A stretch of DNA of 64,000 nt from Flavobacteriales bacterium (GTDB lineage: Bacteria; Bacteroidota; Bacteroidia; NS11-12g; UBA955), in NCBI GenBank assembly GCA_947463095.1, contig CANHRE010000001.1, positions 10,719-74,718 on the forward strand. The letters are read 5' to 3'. Made by a program: the position numbers and the translations under genes. A model generated the notes under the pieces. It ran no database searches. It had not been told where the DNA came from and was given only the letters and a program-made list of their open reading frames with translations. How positions within the stretch are numbered: the first letter of the stretch is position 1; each line of letters opens with the position of its first letter. This document shows, piece by piece, positions 9,858 through 18,538 of this stretch.

Positions 9858-10798
9858 TACATATTGGCGATAAAGTTCGATTTCTCAACGAGAACCTATC
9901 AGGCACCGTAAGCTCCCTGCACCGCGACGGAATGGTTGGCGTAACAATAGAAGAAGGCTTTGAACTTCAGGTACTTGCACGGGAACTTGTAGTCACCGAA
10001 GCACTGGTGAAACAAGCTACCGATAAGCCTAAAACCGAAAAACCAAAAGCCCCGCAGGAACTGGATAAAGGAATTTTCCTGCTGGCTTGTCGCGATGAAA
10101 AACAGCATTGGCAACTAAGCCTGCTGAACCGACTTGGGCATCCGCTGCTTTTTGCCTTCTACCGGCAAACACCTGCTGCAACGGAACTGCTGGCTCATGG
10201 CCAGCTAACTGACGGACAGGAACAATCAGTAGCATCCATGGGCCAGGCGCTTCCCGACAAATGGGGCAACTGGAGCCTGCAATATTTGCCGGTACGCCAG
10301 TTTCCCGGCACCATTCCGGGAATGGAACAATGCTGGCGCAGCTTTAAGCAGGGTGATTTCCAACATACGCCCTACCGCAACAACGGCCAGCCCCTGTTTG
10401 CCTTCCGTATGGAAGTGGGCATTCCTGAACCTGAAGTCCACGCCAAAGAAACCGCCATGCCGGCGCCAGCAGAAAAGCCCTTTACTCCGTTGAATTTCGT
10501 GCGTCCGGAAGAAGAAATAGACCTTCATGCCGAGGCGCTTGGTTTGGAAGCTTCACTTCCCGGTGATATCATCCTCAAGAAACAGATGGAATGCTTCCAG
10601 AGGCACCTCGAACTAGCGCTGGCCTATGGCCTGACGCGCATTACAGCCATCCACGGAATAGGTAATGGCGTGCTGAAAAACCTGATTCTGCTTCAGCTGA
10701 AAGGCCATCCAGGCGTGCGCACCTGGGATCAGGCCGATTCCCGTGAGTATGGACAGGGCGCACTGCGCATCATCCTTAAACAACAGCAGGCAATATGA
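9845..10798 (+). CDS. Smr-domain protein (DUF2027-like N-terminus plus C-terminal Smr)
   Basis: 317 aa. The C-terminal Smr-like block is IDLHAEALGL...ITAIHGIGNGVLKN. Confidence 0.6.
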   Translation: MDRIIHIGDKVRFLNENLSGTVSSLHRDGMVGVTIEEGFELQVLARELVVTEALVKQATDKPKTEKPKAPQELDKGIFLLACRDEKQHWQLSLLNRLGHPLLFAFYRQTPAATELLAHGQLTDGQEQSVASMGQALPDKWGNWSLQYLPVRQFPGTIPGMEQCWRSFKQGDFQHTPYRNNGQPLFAFRMEVGIPEPEVHAKETAMPAPAEKPFTPLNFVRPEEEIDLHAEALGLEASLPGDIILKKQMECFQRHLELALAYGLTRITAIHGIGNGVLKNLILLQLKGHPGVRTWDQADSREYGQGALRIILKQQQAI

Positions 10799-11877
10799 TG
10801 AAGCCCCTTTTTCTTTCCTTACTGCTCCTTCCTCAACTTATTTGCGCCCAACAGTATGCACCTGCAGATACCATGCGCAGCGCGGATACCATTTGCTTTG
10901 CAGCCGTTGGCGACCTGATGTTGGGCAGCAACTATCCCGGCCCTGAATACCTGTCGCCGGATGACGGCGCACTGCTGCTGAAACCCGTATGGCCCTGGCT
11001 GCGCAGCGCCGATGTGGCCTTCGGCAATGTAGAAGGCACCATCTTCAAAGGCCCTGGAACAGTAAAAAATTGCCAAGATCCTACCAAATGCTATGCCTTC
11101 CGCAGTCCGGCACACTATACTGCGCACCTGAACAATGCCGGCTTCGACCTGATGAGCCTGGCCAATAACCATATGGGTGATTTTGGTGAGGAAGGCCGCC
11201 GGTCCACCCTACGCAACTTGGAGAAACAGGGCATGGCCGCAGCAGGATTACTGATTAAACCCTTTGCCATGATAGAGCGTAAGGGCCTGAAAATTGGTCT
11301 GCTTGCCTTCGCACCGAATTCAGGGTGCCTGAGCCTGAACAATCTGGAAGAAGCCCAAAGGCTGGTGAAACGCTATCGCGACAGTGCAGACGTACTGATG
11401 GTTTCCTTTCACGGAGGTGCTGAAGGCAGCGGTCACAGGAATGTTCCGAAACAAAAAGAATTATTTCTGGGTGAAAACAGGGGCGATGTGTATGCCTTTG
11501 CCCATGTGATGATAGACGCCGGTGCAGACCTCCTGCTTGGCCACGGCCCACACGTTACCCGCGCCGTTGAAGTGTATAAGGGGCGCTTTATCGCCTACAG
11601 TATGGGGAATTTCTGCACCTATGCCCGCTTCAACCTGAAGGGCGTAAACGGCATGGCACCCCTGCTGCGCATCTTTACCGACCGCAGCGGTGCTTTCCTG
11701 TATGCGCATGTGATTCCTACCCGTCAATACGGAGAAGGCGGCCCGGTACTCGATCCGCAGGGCGCCGTGATTCAGGAAATCAAAACGCTCACCCAGACTG
11801 ATTTCGCGGGCGGGGGGCTAAGGTTGGAATCAGAATTCCTCCTGACACCACTGCCTAAAACTCGGGTAGCACCCTAG
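10795..11877 (+). CDS. CapA/PgsA-family metallophosphatase (poly-gamma-glutamate capsule-synthesis-like), secreted
   Basis: 360 aa with a signal peptide. The CapA-type motifs are CFAAVGDLMLG, NNHMGDFG and VSFHGGAEGS. Confidence 0.7.
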   Translation: MMKPLFLSLLLLPQLICAQQYAPADTMRSADTICFAAVGDLMLGSNYPGPEYLSPDDGALLLKPVWPWLRSADVAFGNVEGTIFKGPGTVKNCQDPTKCYAFRSPAHYTAHLNNAGFDLMSLANNHMGDFGEEGRRSTLRNLEKQGMAAAGLLIKPFAMIERKGLKIGLLAFAPNSGCLSLNNLEEAQRLVKRYRDSADVLMVSFHGGAEGSGHRNVPKQKELFLGENRGDVYAFAHVMIDAGADLLLGHGPHVTRAVEVYKGRFIAYSMGNFCTYARFNLKGVNGMAPLLRIFTDRSGAFLYAHVIPTRQYGEGGPVLDPQGAVIQEIKTLTQTDFAGGGLRLESEFLLTPLPKTRVAP

Positions 11878-14800
11878 AGTAGTGTAGCGCTCTGGTTCTG
11901 CTGCGGCTGGGCTCCTTTACATCGAATTGCCCCTCTGCGCGGCGCTGTAATTTCTTCAGCGACAACTTCTTACCTGCGTTAGAGAAATTACTGAAGCGAA
12001 CAATGTCTTCAGAGCGGCCATCCAGCCTGATGTTGTGCCGCTCCCGTCGCAGCAACATACCCATACCGTAAACTTCTTCTGTAAAGTCCAATTCATTGGC
12101 CAAGGCATCCATGCGCCAGCTTTCCGCAGCATCAAAGCACTGGTTATCCAGGTAATTTACGCCTTCAAGATCCCCGCTGAGCCAGCGGCCATGCTTCAGG
12201 CCTTTGCGGTATTTTCCTGCTTCGGTTAAGGTATTGCCGGCAGTAGAAAAGAACCATACGCTGTCGCGTTTGCCCCTATTCATAAATCCGGTGAACTGCT
12301 TCGCTCCCGTGATGTGGTAATCATATACCGCTCCGCTGTAATCGCGCATGGTTTGCACTCCTGTGCTGTCATAGAAGGCTGTGTAGAAGATATCCTCAAA
12401 AGCCAGGTCTGTTTCGGTTGCGCAGGAATAACTGAACTCTTCGTCCAGCACATAGCCTTCATACAGCAAGATTCCGCTTCCCGGGCGGTAGCCGCGGATA
12501 CGCCCTTTAAAGTGAAGACTGTCGCCCGCTCCTGCAGGATTGGCAATAACACCTGGTTTATAGTCCACTTCCTTCATCTTTTGACCGCCTTCATTCCAAT
12601 ATGTCCACCAGCCGGTTTTTTGTTGCCCGCGCACACGACCCTGCTGGCTCTTCTGTCCGTTGAGGAAATAGTAGGTATAATCTGCAGTCCAGTAAGGCTT
12701 CAGCGAGAGCAGGTGTTCCGCATTGCGCCAGTAGATCTTCCCATCTTCAAATGAAAGTGGGATTGATTCTTCTTCCCTGTTCCTGGTCGTAGCATAGCTC
12801 CGGCTGGAAGTGCGTTCATTGAACCTCAATTCCTGTGGTCCCCGAACATCAAAACCGCCACGGCCATCGGGTTCTATGCTTAGAATTCTGACGGAATCCT
12901 CCGGTCTAAAGTTCAACTCGGCTTTTATTCCTCCTTTGTCAAACCAGAACCTCGCGATTCCCGTTACATAGCCCTCCTTGAATTGAATTTCCGAGGCTGA
13001 TGCTTTTCGGGTTACCGGCATCATAATACTTATGGCCATTTCAGCGGGGGATACCATTTCAGCGGGGGATACCTCAACCGTTGCCTCCTGCACATGGCTG
13101 TAAGACCGGTAGATGCCGTGCACAAGACCTTCCTTCAACGGCAAAGAATCACGCACCAGGCCATTGTCGTTATCAGTAATGAGCATATGAAGGTCGGGCC
13201 TGCCCTGTCGCATTATAAAATCCAACCTTAGGTCAGAGATGCCCAACTGGAGGCTCTGGGGGCCATCAGGCCGACCCTTGGAATAATTGATCAGTTCGTC
13301 GCCTCCCGGTTTTGAGGGATTATGGTACAATCCTGTCCTTTGGCCTAGTTCATAGTTATTACTGAAACCGGTTACTTCAGCTTTCTTCCCATATTGCCAT
13401 TCAAAGTGTTCTGTTCCGTGCTTGATACCGCCCGCGTAGTTGGCGCGAATGCTGCGCTGCAGCCGTTGCAGTCCCATGATGGCATCACCCTGTAACTGAC
13501 CTGCCTGCCAGCTTGTGTTGATGCTTACATGATCTCGTACGCGTTTGCCGTGATAATTCCAGCGTCGATTGCCCTCTTGACTATAGGCATTCAGCCAGTC
13601 CACACCGCCCCTGGCCTTTGTGTAGATGATGGTATCGTAGGTAAACATCCAGGGCCTTTTGATTCGCTCCAGACGGAATTTGTGAAAACCGGACAAGTTT
13701 TTATCGCTGCCATTGGGAAAGCGCTTTTTGTGAAGACGGATATCCCAGGTTCCGTAAAAGGGCCGGTCATTCAGGAAGAGTTTACTCTGAACCTGATCGG
13801 GAAAACCATCGCTCAACTGGTCATATAAGAAGTAATCCGTCAGGTCGTAAGTAGCATTATTTTCCAGTCCCCGCTGTTCCGGCGCTGCCGGGCGGGTTGT
13901 GGTCTGTACCACAAAGCTCAGAGGCATGTCATGCAATGTGGATGTCTGAGTGAGCAAGAGCTTCCCGTCGGCTGTGCGGGATATGTTGCTCTTCCATACC
14001 GGGCGCGTACTTTTCAGGTTGGAGCCGGAACCGCGACGGTCAAAGAGAATATAAGTGGTATCCGCCGCATACACTTCCCGTTTCAGGTATTCAAAATACA
14101 CCTTTCCGTGCTTGTCGCGCGTTACCGTAGAATCTAGATTCACCACCACAGGCACCTCCTGCTTCAGGATGTAACGGTAATAATCCGCGGTACGGTCTTC
14201 TTCGAATTCCACAGCTCCTTTAGGACTAGCGCGTGTTTCAATGGTTTTGCTGTATAGGGTATTCAAGGAAAAATCCTTGATGGCGTAATATGCTTCCATG
14301 ACCACCTGTCCCTGATCTTCCACCAACAGTTGGAACAAGTTTCCGACACTGGTATCCAGATAAAGGTGGCGATTGGTAACCAGAACCTGGCCGGGTTTAC
14401 TTTCCCGCTTTTCCGGGATGGAAATAAGTCGTTTACTGCAGGTTTCTATGCGGCGGTAGTCGCCCAGGAAAATTCCTGAATACTGTAGCTGCCCATTTTC
14501 CAGTTCCTGTTGTACATAACGATATGTGGGAGACTCCTCATTGTCGATGCTCAGGCTGCATCCATCAGTAAAAATCCTGGAATCCAGGGTTGCCCAGCTC
14601 CGCGCATTAAAATACCAGTAGCCTGAATCCAGATATCCTTGTGTCACAGAATCCAGAAACAGGGTCTCTTCTCTTTCTTTACCGCGCACAACCACCTGCC
14701 GTGGGGTTTTGATACCATGCTCCCACCATACCATTTCAGATGAGCCCGCGGTTTGTTTCTTCATGATGAAGATACTTGTATCCCAGGCCCATCCATGCAG

Positions 14801-15460
14801 CTCATTATCTTCATAGGTGAAATATTGATTCCGGAAGCCCTGAGCCGTGAAATACTCGTTCAAACCGGTTCTCTTACCCAACTGAAACATTCCGCGCTCG
14901 CGCAGGTTACCCATGGGATCAAACACCTCAACCGGGCCATCCGGTAAGTCTTCATGAAACCTGATGCGGGTGGTCTTTTCCGCTAATCCGTAGCTGTTGA
15001 TGTCATAAAAAGTCCAAAGTCCTTCTTTCTTGTCGTTTACATAACTTCCTTCCCAATAAACCACACCCAAGCCATTTTTCATGGTGCTTTGGGTATAAAA
15101 CATGGCCGTACCTTCCTTGCGGTTGTTTTTCATGGAGAAACTTACAGCCACATGGGTGGAATCCTCATGCGCGTAGGTTTGTAAACTGCGTTTGGGAACG
15201 TTGCCAAATTCCGGCAAGGGGTAATAGGCGATATAATCACCGTCAGGCAGTTGATAAGGACAAAAGGGAATGGCCAGTAAGTTCCGGGATTCCAGCACCT
15301 GATGTTCAGCGGTATTGTTTTTCCAGTATGACTCCAGTCGGAATGGAAATACGTAAACCTGTTTCCCTCGGAAAAAGGTCGTTTCGGTTTCCTGTGCCAT
15401 CATTGCGGGGAAAGAACATGCGCCTGAAAGCAACAGTGAAAGGAGGGATATTTTCTTCAT
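11855..15460 (-). CDS. large secreted protein with scattered MORN/YwqK-like repeats
   Basis: 1201 aa with an N-terminal signal peptide (MKKISLLSLLLSGACSFPAMMAQ). It has recurrent G-x-K/R-x-G-x-W-x-Y-x-NG-like repeats, for example GQQKTGWWTYWNEGGQKMKE and GKYRKGLKHGRWLSG. An in-frame duplication gives VSPAEMVSPAEM. There is no T9SS C-terminal domain. Confidence 0.6.
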   Translation of the reverse strand: MKKISLLSLLLSGACSFPAMMAQETETTFFRGKQVYVFPFRLESYWKNNTAEHQVLESRNLLAIPFCPYQLPDGDYIAYYPLPEFGNVPKRSLQTYAHEDSTHVAVSFSMKNNRKEGTAMFYTQSTMKNGLGVVYWEGSYVNDKKEGLWTFYDINSYGLAEKTTRIRFHEDLPDGPVEVFDPMGNLRERGMFQLGKRTGLNEYFTAQGFRNQYFTYEDNELHGWAWDTSIFIMKKQTAGSSEMVWWEHGIKTPRQVVVRGKEREETLFLDSVTQGYLDSGYWYFNARSWATLDSRIFTDGCSLSIDNEESPTYRYVQQELENGQLQYSGIFLGDYRRIETCSKRLISIPEKRESKPGQVLVTNRHLYLDTSVGNLFQLLVEDQGQVVMEAYYAIKDFSLNTLYSKTIETRASPKGAVEFEEDRTADYYRYILKQEVPVVVNLDSTVTRDKHGKVYFEYLKREVYAADTTYILFDRRGSGSNLKSTRPVWKSNISRTADGKLLLTQTSTLHDMPLSFVVQTTTRPAAPEQRGLENNATYDLTDYFLYDQLSDGFPDQVQSKLFLNDRPFYGTWDIRLHKKRFPNGSDKNLSGFHKFRLERIKRPWMFTYDTIIYTKARGGVDWLNAYSQEGNRRWNYHGKRVRDHVSINTSWQAGQLQGDAIMGLQRLQRSIRANYAGGIKHGTEHFEWQYGKKAEVTGFSNNYELGQRTGLYHNPSKPGGDELINYSKGRPDGPQSLQLGISDLRLDFIMRQGRPDLHMLITDNDNGLVRDSLPLKEGLVHGIYRSYSHVQEATVEVSPAEMVSPAEMAISIMMPVTRKASASEIQFKEGYVTGIARFWFDKGGIKAELNFRPEDSVRILSIEPDGRGGFDVRGPQELRFNERTSSRSYATTRNREEESIPLSFEDGKIYWRNAEHLLSLKPYWTADYTYYFLNGQKSQQGRVRGQQKTGWWTYWNEGGQKMKEVDYKPGVIANPAGAGDSLHFKGRIRGYRPGSGILLYEGYVLDEEFSYSCATETDLAFEDIFYTAFYDSTGVQTMRDYSGAVYDYHITGAKQFTGFMNRGKRDSVWFFSTAGNTLTEAGKYRKGLKHGRWLSGDLEGVNYLDNQCFDAAESWRMDALANELDFTEEVYGMGMLLRRERHNIRLDGRSEDIVRFSNFSNAGKKLSLKKLQRRAEGQFDVKEPSRSRTRALHYSRVLPEF

Positions 15461-15570
15461 GATTGAACTGAGAGAAGTTTAAAACGGAATTCAGCGAAAA
15501 AAAGTACCTGCTGATTTCCCTAGTGTTGGGTTGAAGTGTATGCGCAAGGCATGTACCACCCTTCCCACAT

Positions 15571-16596
15571 TTAAAAGCGAAACGACAATGATTCAGGAAC
15601 ACAGAGCATGCCAGTGCGGTTTCCTGCAAAATTGTGCTGTGGTGCGGTAATGTAATGCGCCAGTTCGGCACAGGCTTCTTGTGAAAGCACCCCGCAATCC
15701 TGCAAGAGTTTCTGGGCAACGTGATACTGCGGCCCCATTTTACCATCGTCAATCTTGATGCAGATTCCCAATTTACGTTCAGGAAGGCCTATACAGTAAA
15801 CTCCATCTGCGCCGGTTTTTCCAATCACTGATTTCCCGGCTACCCGCATCAGGTCGCTGCAATAGCGTTTACTTCCTGCAATCATCATGGGGTAACGGCT
15901 TACCGCATCGGTTATGCGGCGACAGGCAGCGGCAACTTCCGGTTCAAATTTATCGGGATGTACCAGATTCCTGTAGGCGATGGCCTGATTGCGCACAGGC
16001 ATGGCAAAGATGGGTGCTGAACAACCGTCAAGACCGGTTTGCAGTGCTGATTCGGGTATTTCATAGAAAAGTGATACCCATTTTTTGATTTCCAGATGAA
16101 GCGGATGATCCGCATTCAGGTACGAATCAGTCGCTTGATGGTGAAACACGCACCAGGCCAGAAAGCCGGCGTGTTTGCCGCTGCAGTTGTTGTGCAGCGC
16201 TGAAGGTTCTAAGCCTGCGCGAATGAGTGCCTGCGCGTCCTGTTTGAGGGTTGGCGCCTGTGCACCGCAACCCAGGGCACTTTCATCCAATCCAATCTTA
16301 TTAAAAATACCCCGAACTACCTGCAGGTGCGTTCCTTCCCCATTATGGCTGCCGCACATCACGGCCAGTTCTTCTTCAGAAAAGCCAAAATGATCTGCCG
16401 CTCCGCTGAGCAAAAGAGGCAATTGCTGGAAGAACTTGAGGGCCGAGCGCGGATAGCATACCTGCTCCACGTTGCCCTGTTGGTATATAATGCTGTTGTG
16501 TTCATCCACCACGCACACCACGCCGCGATGGAAACTCTCTACTACCGGCCCCCTGTAACTTTCCACAAGTACCGGATTACACGCAGGGTTTTGCAT
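15571..16596 (-). CDS. asparaginase family protein (Asparaginase_II-like)
   Basis: The ORF extends to 16713, but the first plausible start is M at 16596 (MQNPACNPVLVESYRGPVVESFHRG), just downstream of the pyrB stop. The roughly 340-aa size fits the family. Confidence 0.55.
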   Translation of the reverse strand: MQNPACNPVLVESYRGPVVESFHRGVVCVVDEHNSIIYQQGNVEQVCYPRSALKFFQQLPLLLSGAADHFGFSEEELAVMCGSHNGEGTHLQVVRGIFNKIGLDESALGCGAQAPTLKQDAQALIRAGLEPSALHNNCSGKHAGFLAWCVFHHQATDSYLNADHPLHLEIKKWVSLFYEIPESALQTGLDGCSAPIFAMPVRNQAIAYRNLVHPDKFEPEVAAACRRITDAVSRYPMMIAGSKRYCSDLMRVAGKSVIGKTGADGVYCIGLPERKLGICIKIDDGKMGPQYHVAQKLLQDCGVLSQEACAELAHYITAPQHNFAGNRTGMLCVPESLSFRF

Positions 16597-16603
16597 CAGT
16601 ATT

Positions 16604-17563
16604 TCAGTTGTTGTCAATTTTCTGGGATAGCAGGAACAATACGGCCATGCGAACAGCAACGCCGTTTTCAACCTGATCAAGTATGATGGCTTCAGATCCA
16701 TCAGCCACATCACTGCTCAATTCCACGCCTCTGTTGATGGGCCCCGGATGCATGATGACCGGCTTTTTATTCAATCCGTCAAGCAGCGATTTATTGATTC
16801 CAAAGTTCAGTGTGTATTCTCGCAGGCTGGGGAAATAGCGGATGTCCTGTCGTTCCAGCTGGATGCGCAGCACATTGGCCACATCGGCCCATTCCAGCGC
16901 CTTGCGCACGTCGGTTTCAACATGAACACCCAGGCTGGCAATATGCCGGGGCAAGAGGGTTGCCGGTCCGCACACCATCACTTCTGCACCCAACTTCTGC
17001 AGGCAGAAAATGTTGCTCAAGGCCACCCGTGAATGCAGGATATCGCCGATGATTACCACTTTTTTACCGGCCACACCACCCAAACGCTCCCTGATGGAAT
17101 ATGCATCCAATAAGGCTTGGGTAGGATGTTCCCGCGTTCCATCGCCTGCATTGATTACAGGAACTTCAATGTGTTTTGCCAAAAATACACAGGCACCAGG
17201 AACAGGGTGACGCATCACCACCATATCCACCTTCATGCTCAAAATATTTTTCACCGTATCGATCAGGGTTTCGCCCTTTGAAACGCTGCTTCCGGAAGTT
17301 GAAAAATTCACCACATCGGCCGACAGTCTTTTTTCTGCAAGTTCAAAAGACACCTTGGTACGGGTAGAATTCTCAAAAAAGATGTTGGCAATGGTGGTAT
17401 CGCGCAGGGAGGGTACTTTTTTGATTTTGCTGTTGAGCAGGTTCTTGAAATTATCGGCCGTTTCAAAAATCAAATCCAGGTCTTCGCGGTTCAGTTCGCG
17501 AATACCCAGCAAATGCCGAGTGCTGAGGAGTCTGTTCATCCCTGTTTTGTTTCCCTGATCCAA
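16604..17563 (-). CDS. pyrB: aspartate carbamoyltransferase catalytic subunit
   Basis: The motif STRTKVSFELAEKRLSADVV and the HPxQ-type region (REHPTQALLD) are present. The alternative start at 17539 (MNRLLSTRHLL) avoids overlap with pyrR. Confidence 0.9.
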   Translation of the reverse strand: MDQGNKTGMNRLLSTRHLLGIRELNREDLDLIFETADNFKNLLNSKIKKVPSLRDTTIANIFFENSTRTKVSFELAEKRLSADVVNFSTSGSSVSKGETLIDTVKNILSMKVDMVVMRHPVPGACVFLAKHIEVPVINAGDGTREHPTQALLDAYSIRERLGGVAGKKVVIIGDILHSRVALSNIFCLQKLGAEVMVCGPATLLPRHIASLGVHVETDVRKALEWADVANVLRIQLERQDIRYFPSLREYTLNFGINKSLLDGLNKKPVIMHPGPINRGVELSSDVADGSEAIILDQVENGVAVRMAVLFLLSQKIDNN

Positions 17564-18081
17564 ACCTTATAATCGTTTTCTGTTAGTGAAACCTTTACCT
17601 GTTCCAGTTTTGCTCTGGTATCCACGGCTACCCCGGTATAATCAGGGGCTATGGGTAATTCGCGGCTGTACCTGCGGTCCACTAGAACCATGAGGGAAAC
17701 CTTCGCCGGCCTTCCAAAACTCAACAAGGCGTCCATCGCGGAACGGACGCTGCGCCCTGTAAATAGTACGTCATCGATCAGAACCACCTGCTTGTTTTCT
17801 GTACTGAAATTGATGTCATTCTTCTTGGGAACCAGTAATTCACCTCTGTTAAAATCGTCCCTGAAAAAGGTGATATCCAACTCGCCGTAGAGAGGCAGAT
17901 GAGGAAGTTTCATTTGAACCAATTCATCATACACCAGCCTGCTTAAAATTACCCCGCGGGGTTGAAGACCTATCAACGCTAAGCCTGACATATCGGTATG
18001 ATGCTCCAGCAACTGGTGCGCAAAGCGCTTTAATATCAAGCGGATTTGTTTGTCTCCCAAAAGCAGCCGTGGTTCCATCAT
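17536..18081 (-). CDS. pyrR: bifunctional pyrimidine operon regulator / uracil phosphoribosyltransferase
   Basis: 181 aa. The PRTase motif VVLIDDVLFTGRSVRSA is present, and the gene sits immediately upstream of pyrB. Confidence 0.85.
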   Translation of the reverse strand: MMEPRLLLGDKQIRLILKRFAHQLLEHHTDMSGLALIGLQPRGVILSRLVYDELVQMKLPHLPLYGELDITFFRDDFNRGELLVPKKNDINFSTENKQVVLIDDVLFTGRSVRSAMDALLSFGRPAKVSLMVLVDRRYSRELPIAPDYTGVAVDTRAKLEQVKVSLTENDYKVWIRETKQG

Positions 18082-18488
18082 TGCTCAGAAAGTGCCACAA
18101 TTATATCAAATTCTTCGCGGCTTACTTCAACTACAGAAAGTCGACCCTGACGCAGCAATCCCATTTGTGCCAAAGATGGCTCTGATTTTATCCTGGCCAA
18201 TCCTACCGGTTTCTTTAGCCGCCTATGCGGTGCAACATCCACTCCAACCCAGGTTGCTACATCAGCAGTAGGATCCGGTTTGGCAGTCCCTGTTACTCGG
18301 GCGATACCTACTACTTCCTTGCCTTCATTGCTGTGGTAAAACAAGCATAAGTCGCCGTTTTGCATGGCTGCCAGATTATTTCTGGCCTGATAATTACGCA
18401 CACCATCCCAAAATGCAATACCATCTTTTTCCAGCTGATCCCAGCTGTATTTGTAGGGCTCGGATTTAATTAACCAGAATCTCATCAC
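18078..18488 (-). CDS. EVE (PUA-like) domain protein
   Basis: 136 aa. MMRFWLIKSEPYKYSWDQL...GVRNYQARNNL is the canonical EVE/DUF55 N-terminus. Confidence 0.75.
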   Translation of the reverse strand: MMRFWLIKSEPYKYSWDQLEKDGIAFWDGVRNYQARNNLAAMQNGDLCLFYHSNEGKEVVGIARVTGTAKPDPTADVATWVGVDVAPHRRLKKPVGLARIKSEPSLAQMGLLRQGRLSVVEVSREEFDIIVALSEQ

Positions 18489-18501
18489 GGTGTAAGGATA
18501 T

Positions 18502-18529
18502 AAAAAACCCCGGCGAACCGGGGTTTTTT
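18502..18529 (-). terminator. rho-independent terminator downstream of rpsA
   Basis: AAAAAA-CCCCGG-CGAA-CCGGGG-TTTTTT forms a perfect 6-bp GC stem with a 4-nt loop, flanked by an A-run and a T-run, and lies 10 nt after the rpsA stop. Confidence 0.75.
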
Positions 18530-18538
18530 AAAGGAGTA

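Noticed and set aside
15461-15570. A near-palindromic GTATGCGCAAGGCATGTAC upstream of the large repeat protein gene
   Set aside because: The arms are not truly reverse-complementary on inspection (GTATGC against GTACAT).
16596-16713. A 39-aa N-terminal extension of the asparaginase-family ORF
   Set aside because: The extension overlaps the 3' end of pyrB and has no signal-peptide character. The downstream Met at 16596 gives a family-typical length.
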